Positions 1-11,100 of a DNA stretch of 64,000 nt are shown piece by piece; the first letter of the stretch is position 1, and the number at the start of each line of letters is the position of its first letter. This DNA comes from Gnetum montanum (taxonomy: Eukaryota; Plantae; Gnetophyta): positions 21,686 to 85,685 of the forward strand of contig MNCI01000577.1 in assembly GCA_015680685.1 (NCBI GenBank), written 5' to 3'. Position numbers and translations under genes: made by a program. The notes under the pieces were generated by a model. The model saw only the letters and a list, made by a program, of their open reading frames with translations, was not told the DNA's origin and did not search any database.

Positions 1-2876
1 CCGTTATCGGTCACAATAGTCATTGGGAGACCAAATCTAGTTACTATGTTGTCCAAGATAAAATGGCAAACCTGTTGGGATGTGATTTTCCGTAGGGGAA
101 CAGCTTCTACCCACTTCGTAAAGTACTCAGTAGAGGTAATGATGAAGCTATGTCCAGCGGAAGATTTTGGGGCAATGGGCCCAATAATATCTAGTCCCCA
201 TCGTTGGAATGGCCAGGTTATCTGCGTCGTGTGCAATTCTGTGGTTGGCACGTGGATGAGATTTGCATGACGTTGACATGTGTCACAGGTCTTAACCTTT
301 GTCAGACAATCCCTTTCCATGCGCGGCCAGTAGTACCCTAGGCGACGGATTTTTAGGGCCATAGCCCGTGGTGCTACGTGGCCGCCGCACAGTCCCTCGT
401 GAACTTCGTTGACAATGTGCTGTGCTTGGTCTGTGTTAACGCAGGTGAGCAGCACACCATCAAAGGAGCGTCTACAGAGAGTACTGTCTCCGATGATGAT
501 GTAGTGCTTAGCGCGTTTACGGGTTGCGTCCTTTTGTGCGCGCGTTAAAGCAGCTGGTAACTCACCCTGTAAAAGATAAGATTTGATGTGATCGTACCAT
601 TCAGGCGTTCCTTCCTCGGTGAGAGAGGAGATTTGCGTCGTCTTAATGATAGGATCTGCACAATCTGTAATCAATCTGCACAAGTGTGACGGTACGTGTA
701 AAGCCAGAGTGGCCAGTGCGTCGGCCAGCGTGTTATCAGCTCGTGGGACGTGCCGGGCGTTGAAGGTCATAAAGCGCTTCAGGAGATCTTTAGCCTGATC
801 ACAGTAGGGCTGCAAGTGTACTGCCTTGCAGGCATAGACTCCGGTGATTTCATTTATGACCAGCATCGAATCGCCCCTGACTGCCAGGTGTTGAACATCA
901 AGTTCGCCTGCAGTTAGTAGTCCCCTGAGGAGTCCCTCGTACTTTGCCACATTGTTCGTACAAGGGAAGGTCAATCGGTAAGCGTGTAGACACACATCCT
1001 CAGGTGAGAGCATAAGAATAGTGGCCGCACTGCCGCCTCTGGCGGTCGAAGCTCCATCGAAGTATAATGTTGCTTCGAGGCCTGCCGAAGCAGGGCTTAA
1101 ACTATCGAGGCCTGCCGAAGCAGGGCTTAAACTATTTACATGTTCGTCAGGAAACTCTAGTTCTACAGTGGCATGATTGTCAATCGGCGAGGTGGTTAAC
1201 TGGTCAGCTATCGCTTGACCCTTCATAGATGACTGGCCAACGTAGTGGAGGTCGCACTCCGCAGTGATAGCCTTCCAGCGAGCTATTTTGCTACTTTCGT
1301 GTAAACTATGTGTAATTGCTCTAAGTATGTTGTTTTTGCAAATAACGTTAACCTGGCTACGAAAAAGATAATGCCTACATTTCTTGAGCGTAAAAACTAA
1401 CACTAAGCAATTACGCTTGACATCGTTATACCTCGTCTTGTACGCACATAGAGCGTGACTCAGATAGTAGATGGGCATCTCTGATCCGTCATCTCTTCTC
1501 TGACAGAGTAACGCCGCTATTGCTACGTCCGAAGTGGCGAGGTAGATGAAGAAAGGTAGGTCCCTTTGTGGCGGGAAGACCGTTAGCAAATGCTGCAGTT
1601 CCTGTTTCAGACTGTCAAACGCACACTGGCAATCGTCGGTCCATTCAAAATTAACCCCCTTTTTTAGCAAGTGCTGCATGGGATGTAACTTGTCGGTTAA
1701 TCTTGAAATGAACCTGCGTATGAATTGCAATCGTCCTTTTAACCCGCGGAGTTGCTTGAGATCTGTGGGAGGTTGTAACGCGACAATGGCTTGGACCTTA
1801 TCAGGGTCAACTCGTATGCCGGTTTCAGACACCACAAACCCCAGCATGCATCCGGTTTTGACTCCGAATACGCACTTCTTTGGGTTAAGCCGGAGCTCGT
1901 GCGTGGCGCATCTTTTAAGGACTAACTCCAGGTCCTCTTAATGATCTTCCGACTTCAAAGACTTTACAGCTATGTCGTCTACATAATCATTCAGCCTCCC
2001 CAGGAGATAGTCACTAAAGATGTACGTCATGGCTCGCTGGTACGTTGCTCCGGCATTCTTCAGACCAAAAGGCATCATGGTGTAGCAAAATGTTCCCCAG
2101 GGTGTCATGAAAGTTGTTGTTAACTAATGTTCTAGGTTAATGCGAATCTGGTTATAGCCTGAAAAGCCATCCATGAAGGACAGAAGCGCATGCCCAGCTG
2201 TTGTATCCACTAGCTGGTCGATACTCGGCAGTGGGAAGTTATCCTTAATTGTGGCTTTGTTCAAATCCCGGAAGTCTATGCATATGCGTATGCCCCCGGT
2301 CTTCTTTGACACAATCACAATGTTGGATACCCAGTCTGAATAATCGACCGCGTGTATGAAACCAGCCCGATATAGCTTGGTGATTTCATCACGCACTGCT
2401 AGCGCAATCTCTGGTTTGATTTTGTGTGCGTTTTGCCTGACTGCCTTGATCTGGGGGTCGAGGATGATATTATGCTGGACTAATCTAGGATCTAACCCAG
2501 GCATATCCTCATATGACCATGCGAAGACAATGATGTTGTCTTGTAGGACTTGCATGATTGCGTTGCGCGTTTCCTCGTCTAGTAAGGAACTGACTTTAAG
2601 CGTCTTGGTCTCACCCCTGTGCGTAACGATAGGGACCTCACAAAGGGGGTCCTCAGTTATGTCCCCGGACTCCAGGTCTAGCGTGCACGTCGACTGCTCT
2701 GGCCATTCTGGGGACATTTCTGATGCAGCTATAGTTACGCTTGCTAAAGGGGGGCTAACGTCGATAAGTGTGGAATCAAATTGCCTAACTAAGTGCCCGT
2801 ATGGGCCTGTCAAAACTAGAGGTGTTGAAAATGCAGCGTCCATCCTTCGTCTGTCCTGCAAAACCGGCAAGTACAT
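1..2876 (-). pseudogene. pol: A1 pol (RT-RNaseH-archaeal RNaseH-integrase), few premature stops, truncated at window edge
   Basis: RT motifs RICIDFRDLNKA, FMDGFSGYNQI, DYVDDI (~1975); aRH YFDGAS..TNNVA..GDS..HVPRADN.ADALA (~700-1066); integrase HHCC finger (~270-410), WGLDIIG and IVTDNG. Stop at 2124. Confidence 0.93.
1075..1134. repeat. Perfect in-frame 30-bp tandem duplication in the RH-aRH linker
   Basis: tcgaggcctgccgaagcagggcttaaacta twice; only one equivalent unit in copy A3. Confidence 0.95.
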
Positions 2877-2887
2877 GAATGGTTAGG
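2856..2887 (-). promoter_or_regulatory. Putative branch point and splice acceptor at the start of pol
   Basis: Minus strand CCTAACC ... GGTTTTGCAG|GACAGACGAAGGATG (AG at 2857-2856, in-frame ATG at 2843). Confidence 0.55.
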
Positions 2888-3093
2888 AGGCAGATGACGG
2901 GATGTTGCCAGACGTGGCATGCTAACAGCAAATGTGTAATCAATGCAACCTAATTACGAGGCGATAAGATGGAGTAGTTTAACGTCATTTCGGACAATCG
3001 AGCGTGCGATATCAGCCGAATTAATGCCGGATTTTCGGATTCCGTTTCCAGAAAGTTCCGCTTAAATCTGGGGTCAAGTCGGAAATTTTCACG

Positions 3094-3101
3094 TATAAAT
3101 A
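3094..3101 (+). promoter_or_regulatory. TATA box of the internal antisense gene
   Basis: TATAAATA ~170 bp upstream of ATG 3269, followed by a purine-rich leader. Confidence 0.55.
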
Positions 3102-3654
3102 GGCGGTTTTAGATGAAAACTGGTTGCTGACTATCTGGATTTACAAGCAGAGGAAAAGCAGAGCAGAAGAAAAGAAGAGGCATGCGCTAGGCAGAGCGGA
3201 GCAAGGCAGAACTGTAAGTTTTCTTGATATTCATAAGCAAGCTGTGAAGAAATCCTACCACTAGCGTAATGGCACCAAAGGTGAAGAAGCAAAACACCAA
3301 GCTAGCAAAACTCGACGAGGTGCAGGCTAACCTGAACCGCGTCTCGCAGGCACTGATCGATGTCTAAGACCCGATGCCACTCAACCGGTAGGCTCTTCCT
3401 TACGCTTGTCTGTATGTCTGTTGTTTCATTTGCCTAAACGTTTCTAGCGTAATGCGTATGTTGAATTGTAGACCTCGGCTTAATGTGAGGGTTTTTTGTG
3501 AGGTTACGTCCATTGCCGTTGTCAGGGACAAACCTTGCGTTGTTGCAAGGGCTTGGGCACTTTCAGCGTGGTTAATTTTTGCGATTTGTCTGTTTTTGTT
3601 AAACGTAAAGATGTACATGCAGATGTATTAACGCATCTGGGTCGTTTTCTACAG

Positions 3655-4104
3655 CATTGCGCTGAAACCCATTTTTCTTGTGTTGGATATTATGGGGGTT
3701 TTATGTTGGTTAAACCCCATTGTGCCAAATGTCCCTCCTCCGCATACAAGGGTGCAGGGAAAAGCCATCTGGTACCGGAAGGGGGCTTTGGAATTTCTGC
3801 AGTTTTTGCTGCGTAATTTTAGCATCATCATTTGGTTGAATGTGACCGGAGATGTTGTTGGTGCCGTTCTGGAGCACCTGTTGCCAGGGTCTTCGCAGGG
3901 GATTCTGGCTTACCTGACAGATGGGGCGGTTGAGACGGGCAATCCCGAGGACCGAGCTCTTAGCTCTCGGGGTCTGAGGAACTTGCAATGGATCTGGGAT
4001 ATGGAGCGTTTCAACTGCTACCACGCATACAATACGCTGTTCGTGGCCTGCCATGTGTCGACGTATTTCCAGAACCCGCAGGGCACAGTATACTACGCCG
4101 GCGG
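3655..4104 (+). CDS. Exon 3: FCP1/NIF (HAD superfamily) phosphatase-like domain, catalytic residues degenerate
   Basis: FLVLDIMGVL ... YRKGALEFLQFLLRNFSIIIW ... RNLQWIW ... YNTLFV...YFQNP match the order and spacing of plant FCP1-homology motifs. Confidence 0.7.
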
Positions 4105-4569
4105 GTAAGTAGATCTGGATAACTATGCTTAGTGTTATATGTTACAATGTAAAAATGTCTAACTGTATAACGTAGCTAAACTTACGCTGTATTGTACAGG
4201 TATTTTATACGCAACAACCAGCTATTCGGCGAAGGCGACGCGCTGTCCTGTGCTGAAACGGCAATAGCAGAGTTCACCGTAACGAATAACGTTCGTGCCG
4301 GTGTCATCGGTCAAATTGGCCACGAGATGCGTGAGTACCACTCACGCTATGTGGAAGCCTTCCAAAAGTGCCAGGAACTCGGATGGCTGCACGAGGATTG
4401 GACACTGGATCCGCCCCTCAGCGTCGAGGACGTGGACATTGAGCTTCCGCAGTTCCCGTTGCCATTTGGCCCCGGTAAGGTTGTTGCGTATTTGGGTTAT
4501 TTGCGTATTTGCGTGTTATGTCTATGGCAATAATGTTGTGCGTTGTTTGGCTTGTATTTTTTCTTACAG

Positions 4570-5610
4570 TTAGGGAATCTCAGGAGATTACCCTCACAAT
4601 TTCCGGCCACGGGGCAAGAGACATCCTCTTCCGATACGGGGACATCAAAGAGGCGCAGCGGTGGCTCGGCCACTCGGCGGCCCCAGCTGTGGTGGTCACC
4701 AACCTCCAGACTGCAGGGCTGTTGCACCTTTTCATGGCCACCACTCTTGACGTTCCTGCCAGTGAGATGATCAGCCTGGTGGACTCCTTCAACGTGAAGG
4801 CCGACCGTTTCAGCACGCGCGTTCATAACGTGCGTGTGAATTTTGACATTAACGCGCAGGTCTTTTCGGACCTGTTCGGTGTTCCCGCTGGCGGCCTCCC
4901 TGTAGACGTGAAGGCCCAGAGGGGCGTCAAAGTGGAGGCGCTTTTGCAGGAGTGGGCAAGAATCCCTAAGGACCAAAAGGGATTCCCCTGCGATAAGTTC
5001 GAGCTAGCGACTGCCAAGACGCTGTATCCCCTGTTTCGGGCTCGGACTTTCCCCAAGACCCTCTCACAAGCGCGAAACTTTTCGGTAGAACAGACGCGCA
5101 TCATGCGGGAGGTGCTAGAGGAGGGAGCCCGCTTCGACTGGGAAACCCATCTTTCCAAGGGTTTGCGGAGCGAGATGATCAAGCTTCGCGAGAAGCTTGA
5201 GTCTCGCTTCAACGTGCATCATGCCTTCTTCATCGCTACCCTCCGGCGGTTTGCTGAGTACCTGGTGGTCCAGAGGAACGGGGTCTGGGTGCTACAGGAC
5301 CAAGACCAACTGTCGAAACCCTGGATTGCCCACATTCTCAACACTACCCGTGGGCAGGATCCACCGGAGGGGATCAGAGAGTCTATGTCCGTGACGACGA
5401 AAGGCATGGTGGCACCCCAGGTGCGAGGACTTGACAGTGTAGGTGGGATAATGCCCACCTACACCGGCGACGCTTCGCGAGGGAAGCGCCTGGCCGAGGA
5501 AATTGTGGAGCCTGCAGCGCGACGGAAAAAGCTCCGTCTGGCCGAGGCTCCTGGGGGCGAAGCCGGCCACACTGTGGGGTTCACGGTGCAGCGGACTAAG
5601 CTTCCGCCTG
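4570..5610 (+). CDS. Exon 5: putative plant transposon accessory protein domain (Transposase_32/PMD-like)
   Basis: LVDSFN..VRVNFDINAQVFSDLFGVP..FPKT..FDWETHL..EM..HHAFFIATL resembles extra-ORF domains of plant LTR elements; basic RRKKLR stretch (possible NLS) follows. Confidence 0.5.
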
Positions 5611-7446
5611 GTAAGTGTTTCAGCTTGCCTACGCAGTGTTTTGTTTTGTCTAGTGTAATCATTGCCTAATGTACGGGGATATGCACAGCGAAAAAGACAA
5701 GTAGGCTGACCCCTGAGATAGGGGCAGTAGTGTTAAGGAGTGGGGAGGGAGCCTCGACCTTAGAAGTAGAGGCCCCGACTACTAAGATGTGCCGCACGCA
5801 GACATCAGCGCGTGGGAAGGCCCCAGCTATGAGTGGGGGCCGCGTACAGATTGGGGAGGAGGCCCCTGCTACGGGAGCGAGAGACGCGCAAACCCCAGTG
5901 CGTGAAACAGCAAGGAGTCAGGAAAATGTTGGTGACATTGCCACTGTCACCAGCAGAGGTAAGGAAGCGTATGGTTTTGATGGTTTGCAAATGTCTATGA
6001 TACAGTACTTTTTTAACGCAGTTATGTTACAGGGGAAGGAGATGCCTCCACATCGGTTGCGGATAACGAGGAATGGAGGGATCTCCCGGACAAGTTTGCC
6101 TTCGTGGAAGGCATGCTTAACGAAATGATCGAGCGTCTTGAACGCGCCGATCCTGGTACCGGTAAGTAGACTAAAGTGAGTATGTAATGTCTTACTATTA
6201 AGCTGTCATCTGTGTTGATGTCTATTTTCTATCAGGAGCTCACCTCCGATGGGACCCCGCGGAACCCATTGACTTGGGCACAGCAGAGCCTCCATCTGAT
6301 GGGGCGGTCGTGCCACGCAACATTTATGAGGACATGCGTAAATGTGCGTTACGCTCGACATGCTCCGCGTGGGAAAGCAGGAATGTTAATGAGGCCCTAT
6401 GGAAGAAATTGCAGTGATCGGAGCAGAAGGTCGACTCCCTGACTAAGGAAGTCAAAGATCTGAAGGCGCGTTATGAGTTCCTGTAGGCTCGAGTCACCGG
6501 TGACAACGACTGGCGTACAGCTGTTATTGACCATGCCCGTTATTGGACGGCCATCAAGAACAATGTACAGATCAGTCGAGCTCTGATAGAGCAAAGGATG
6601 CAAATAGAGCTCCTTGCTCAAAAGAGCCGAGACTGGAGGGACTACTGCGCGGGTGTTCAGGAATGGGGGAAAAGAGAAAAAGACCACAAACATGTATATA
6701 AAAGGGAAAGCAACACATACCGAAAACGCTACGGTGAGTCTGCTATCAAAGCACATTCCTTAGAGGTCTTTGTTGACACCATTGGAGCGTCCGAGGCCTT
6801 CAAGAAGTTTGAGGAACAGGTGACCATCATTGCTTCTCCAGAGAGAGCAATGGTCTTTCCTGGGGACCAAGCTTCGATCCCTACCTTCTATCCCGATCCT
6901 CCCTCCTGGAGTAGCGTGGAGAAAGGAAAGGTGAAGGCAGGGATGGCCTCGGGCGCAGACCTGACCGAGGAGGAAATTATGGAGCATTTGTGGGCTGGAC
7001 TGGACAAGCTTCCCTTCGCTGCAGGAGTTGGGTCATCTCAGGTAAGCTCACGCACAGCTTAACCAATGTGTCTCCCGACATAACGCTGCTTATTCTAATG
7101 TTTACGCTATGGTGTTTCAGGTACCAGAAGATGGAGCGCGTGCGCCCGATGAGGGGTTGGAGGAAGAAGTGGAACGTAATGAGGAAGAGCGTCCTCCTGT
7201 GGAGCCAGCGCTAGAACGAGAGTCTCGTGAGGAGACAATCTTTCCAGAAGACGTACTTCCTGGAAACGCAGGCCCACTAGAGGACGACCTTCTGGGGGTT
7301 GATCCTGAGCTAAGGGACACGGGTGATAGTGGCAGCGGGGGCCATGCATAGTTTTGTTTTTCCGGTTTTTTTGTTTTGGCATTCCGTCACGATGAGACAA
7401 AGATGTTATAAAGTTGACTATTTATCATTTTTTTCGTCATTTTATC

Positions 7447-7820
7447 GTAGTTTAAGGCCGTTGCGGGCCGCTACGTATGTTAACTAGTTTAAAGCCGTTG
7501 CGGGCCGCTGCGTAAAGATGTGAACCATGTAGATATGTGTAAGTACGAAAGAAAGTGGTAAAGGGCAACTACTAGTTTAAGGCCGTTGCGGGCCGCTGCG
7601 TATGTTAACTAGTTTAAAGTCGTTGCGGGCCCTTGCGTAAATTGACTAGTTTAAGGCCATTGCGGGCCAGAGCGTAAACCAACTAGTTTAAGGCCGTTGC
7701 GGGCCAAAGCGTAAGCCAACTAGTTTAAGGCCGTTGCGGGCCAAAGCGTAAAGATGTTTTGTTTTTTTTTTGGTTGCTAGTTTAAGGCCGTTGCAGGCCA
7801 CAGCGTAAACTGACTAGTAA
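7447..7820. repeat. Array of ~8 copies of a ~36-37 bp unit (CTAGTTTAAGGCCGTTGCGGGCC core)
   Basis: Units start near 7447, 7482, 7570, 7606, 7644, 7681, 7718 and 7778. Confidence 0.92.
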
Positions 7821-8102
7821 ACTTGGACATTTGTGTGAAGCAATAAAGAAACATGCGTATAAGCATATGCGTAAAATGACATCTGCAAAGCAAAAGGTGA
7901 AATGCAAAAGGCAAGATTCAGAGTGCGAAGCGTAAAAGCACATAGATATAAAGCACGCAGTCATAAAGGAAACAAGCATAAAGCGTACACGCATAAGAAA
8001 ACAAGCGTAAAGCACACAGGCACAAAGAAAACAAGCATTTGGTGTATACGCTAACTTGCATGCACGCACGCTGTAGGGCTTCGTTCAGCCATCAATGCGC
8101 AA

Positions 8103-11100
8103 CTACTTCTTAGCGGCTTTGATGTTCATTGCTGCATATGGGCGAGGAGGTTTGCAGTCCGACTCCTCTATGCTGTCATTCGGGAATGGCAAGTCAGCCC
8201 AGGCTAGACCGTTAGTAGTGTCATTGGTCTGTTCAGGAGCTTGAGAAGAAGGCTGATCATCAGCCGTTTCAATCTCTGAACCCCGCTCTTCTGCAATGTT
8301 ACCGACGGTCCTGGGAGTGATCTCGTCGCCATGTATGATAACCTCCCCTCCGGCGTAAGGCAGGTGTATCTCCTGATGGATAGGCGACGAGACTGCCCTC
8401 AGCTGGGCTAACCACGACCTCCCTAAGATCAGGTTAAAGCCTGGCATCTCCTCAACGACCAGAAATGTGGCTTCTGTGGGAAATTGATTTCCCGCCACAA
8501 ACTCAATACGCACCGTCCCCTTGACTTGAACCCGTGCTCCATTGAAGGATTTTACGCAGGCCGTTGTCGTGGGAGTGATCTGGTCGACCAGACCCAACCT
8601 ATCCACAATGGAATAGGGAACGACATTGGTGGCTGCGCCATCATCCACATGCACCCTCCGGATGCGGTACTGACTGACCCGAATGGTGATGAACATCGGT
8701 TCCGTCATCACTTGACCCTTCTCCGGATCATCTTTAACAGACTCGTCCAGAAAGGTCAATGAGGTGGGCTTGGGTTGTTCAGCGTCAGGAGGAAACATAA
8801 TAGCGTGTATTGCTTCTTCTTCTGCTGGCAGACTGGCATCCACTGATATGGATGTCAGCATGCGTACTATAGCCTCACGATGTTTTTGAGAAGTCATCAG
8901 CAGATCGTACAAGCTCAGCGTTGTATTCTTCTGCTTGAGAGCTTGTTTGACCTGCGTGAATGCGTTGAGGAGGTCCTTCTTTCGGCAGGGTGGTTTATCC
9001 CCCTTATCCTCCTCCATCCGCCCCAAGAGACGGATCTCCCGAGGCGGAGTGGTGTCAGAAGAAGGGTCGATTTTCTTCCTACCAAGAGAAGGCTGCTGCA
9101 TTTCTGTGCCTTTGCCACGCTCTTGGGGCATAGCCATGGGCACAGAGGCCAGGGGCCTAGGCTTCGGGAAGCCGAGCGTAGGGTTGCCTTCAGTGCTCTC
9201 CTCCTTCCGCTTAGGAGGTTATTCTTGTTGGTGTTGGCTCGAGGTCTGCCCCTGCGTGAGAGGAGCAGCCTGTGGTCGGGGCGCCCTAATGATGAAGGGC
9301 ATCCTCGGTGTGGGCGCAGATGAAGCTGTGGCTTGAGCGGTAGTGTATGATTGAGGCCGTGCTTGAGAAGGCACCCGTATAATGAACAGCAGCCGTGAGA
9401 CCCCACCTGCGGCCGAAGAAGTGGTTGCCCCCCTTTGTGAGCTGGCGGGCACACGCAAAACAAAAGGTTGCTTTGGCGACCCTTTACGCTCCCCGTCCGT
9501 ACTCACCACGGTGATTGTATAAGGATCGTAAGTTGCGTTTAACGGATCCTTATAGACATGTAATGTCTGGTTTTCTGGCCGGGTTGGGTTACTGCCGTCT
9601 AGCTTCAGATGACCTTCGTCGATCATGCGTTGAATATCGTCTTTCAATGCCCAGCAGTAATCTGTGTCGTGACCACACATCTGATGGTAATCACAAAAGC
9701 GATCTAGCCGGAAAGATCTCGGAACTGCCGGCTCGTTAGGCAACGCTAAGGAAGGATCCCTCGACAGCTCACAGTGCCGTCTGTGACGTTTCAGGGCTTC
9801 CTTGGACACTTTCTTGGGTTGAATGTGTCCTGCTGCTAACAGTTGTTTCAGCAGTTCAGAGTGTTTCACTGGCAAAGCCGTGTATTTTGAATGGTCTTTA
9901 CGCTCAAAATTTGGCTTTGGCTGGGGGGGCTATTCAGGGGCAGCCATGGGCTGGCTAGTGGTGGCACTAGTTGTGGTCTCAGGCGGCGCTGTCGTTGGGG
10001 CCTTCTTGTCCTTGTTTTTGGCGTTCTCGGTCAATGCCGCTACAGTGGTGGTTGGTGGCTTACCTTTGTCCTTAGCCTTATTGTGCGTATTTCTGTAAGC
10101 AATGTACGCTGGGTCTTTACTAGCTTCCGCAGCATCTTGGATGCTCCAGACCTGGGCAAAGGCCTGGTGTATGTCTCCAGGGGAAAGGTAATACAGCTTG
10201 GACTTAATAAAGTCGTTGACTGCTCCCTTGAATATGGCCAGCAGATGGGAGTCCGCGATCGGGTCACGGATCTCATTCAAGGTAGCGTTCCAACGCTGTA
10301 TAAACTTTTGGACCGGTTCGAGCGGGTCTTGTTTCACCCCCATAAGCTGCTCCAACGTGACTTCTGGTTTCATGTTGTATCTGAACCGGGTCACAAATTG
10401 GGTCAGCAACTCTTCCAATGTTGTAATGGAAGAGCGTGGGAGAGCTCGGTACCAGTCTAAAGCCTTCCCTGTTAACGACATTGCAAACACTCTGACCAGA
10501 GTGTGCGGCCATGGTTGCAACAACAAGGATTCGGACCTGAAGGTGGCCAAGTGAGTGTTGGGATCCCCCTCCCCATTATACTTAGTAAAATGTGGGAGGG
10601 ACATCCCTGGTGGTAGCGACANNNNNNNNNNNNNNNNNNNNNNNNNNNNNNNNNNNNNNNNNNNNNNNNNNNNNNNNNNNNNNNNNNNNNNNNNNNNNNN
10701 NNNNNNNNNNNNNNNNNNNNNNNNNNNNNNNNNNNNNNNNNNNNNNNNNNNNNNNNNNNNNNNNNNNNNNNNNNNNNNNNNNNNNNNNNNNNNNNNNNNN
10801 NNNNNNNNNNNNNNNNNNNNNNNNNNNNNNNNNNNNNNNNNNNNNNNNNNNNNNNNNNNNNNNNNNNNNNNNNNNNNNNNNNNNNNNNNNNNNNNNNNNN
10901 NNNNNNNNNNNNNNNNNNNNNNNNNNNNNNNNNNNNNNNNNNNNNNNNNNNNNNNNNNNNNNNNNNNNNNNNNNNNNNNNNNNNNNNNNNNNNNNNNNNN
11001 NNNNNNNNNNNNNNNNNNNNNNNNNNNNNNNNNNNNNNNNNNNNNNNNNNNNNNNNNNNNNNNNNNNNNNNNNNNNNNNNNNNNNNNNNNNNNNNNNNNN

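Larger units (their letters stand above)
3269..7351 (+). pseudogene. Nine-exon accessory gene antisense to A1 (1139 codons; FCP1/NIF-like domain, plant-transposon accessory-type domain, probable coiled coil, acidic tail); three in-frame stops
   Basis: Exons 3269-3387, 3472-3570, 3655-4104, 4200-4474, 4570-5610, 5689-5958, 6033-6161, 6236-7041, 7121-7351 sum to 3420 nt. All 8 introns are GT-AG, 74-95 nt and phase-consistent. Stops TAA 3365, TGA 6415, TAG 6484 are each one C>T from Gln/Arg codons. Confidence 0.85.

Noticed and set aside
46-2886. Plus-strand ORFs over A1 pol (and similar ones over gag)
   Set aside because: Antisense shadows of the real minus-strand frames
3269-7351. Ordinary host gene or independent nested transposon
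   Set aside because: It lies between PR and RT of one element, shows no evident TIR or LTR of its own, and recurs at the same position in A3
7447-7820. CRISPR-like array
   Set aside because: Inter-core sequences are short and similar to each other, there are no cas genes, and the context is a eukaryotic retrotransposon
9930-9932. Programmed readthrough stop within gag
   Set aside because: A1, A2 and A3 each have a stop nearby but at different apparent Gln codons, consistent with independent C>T decay
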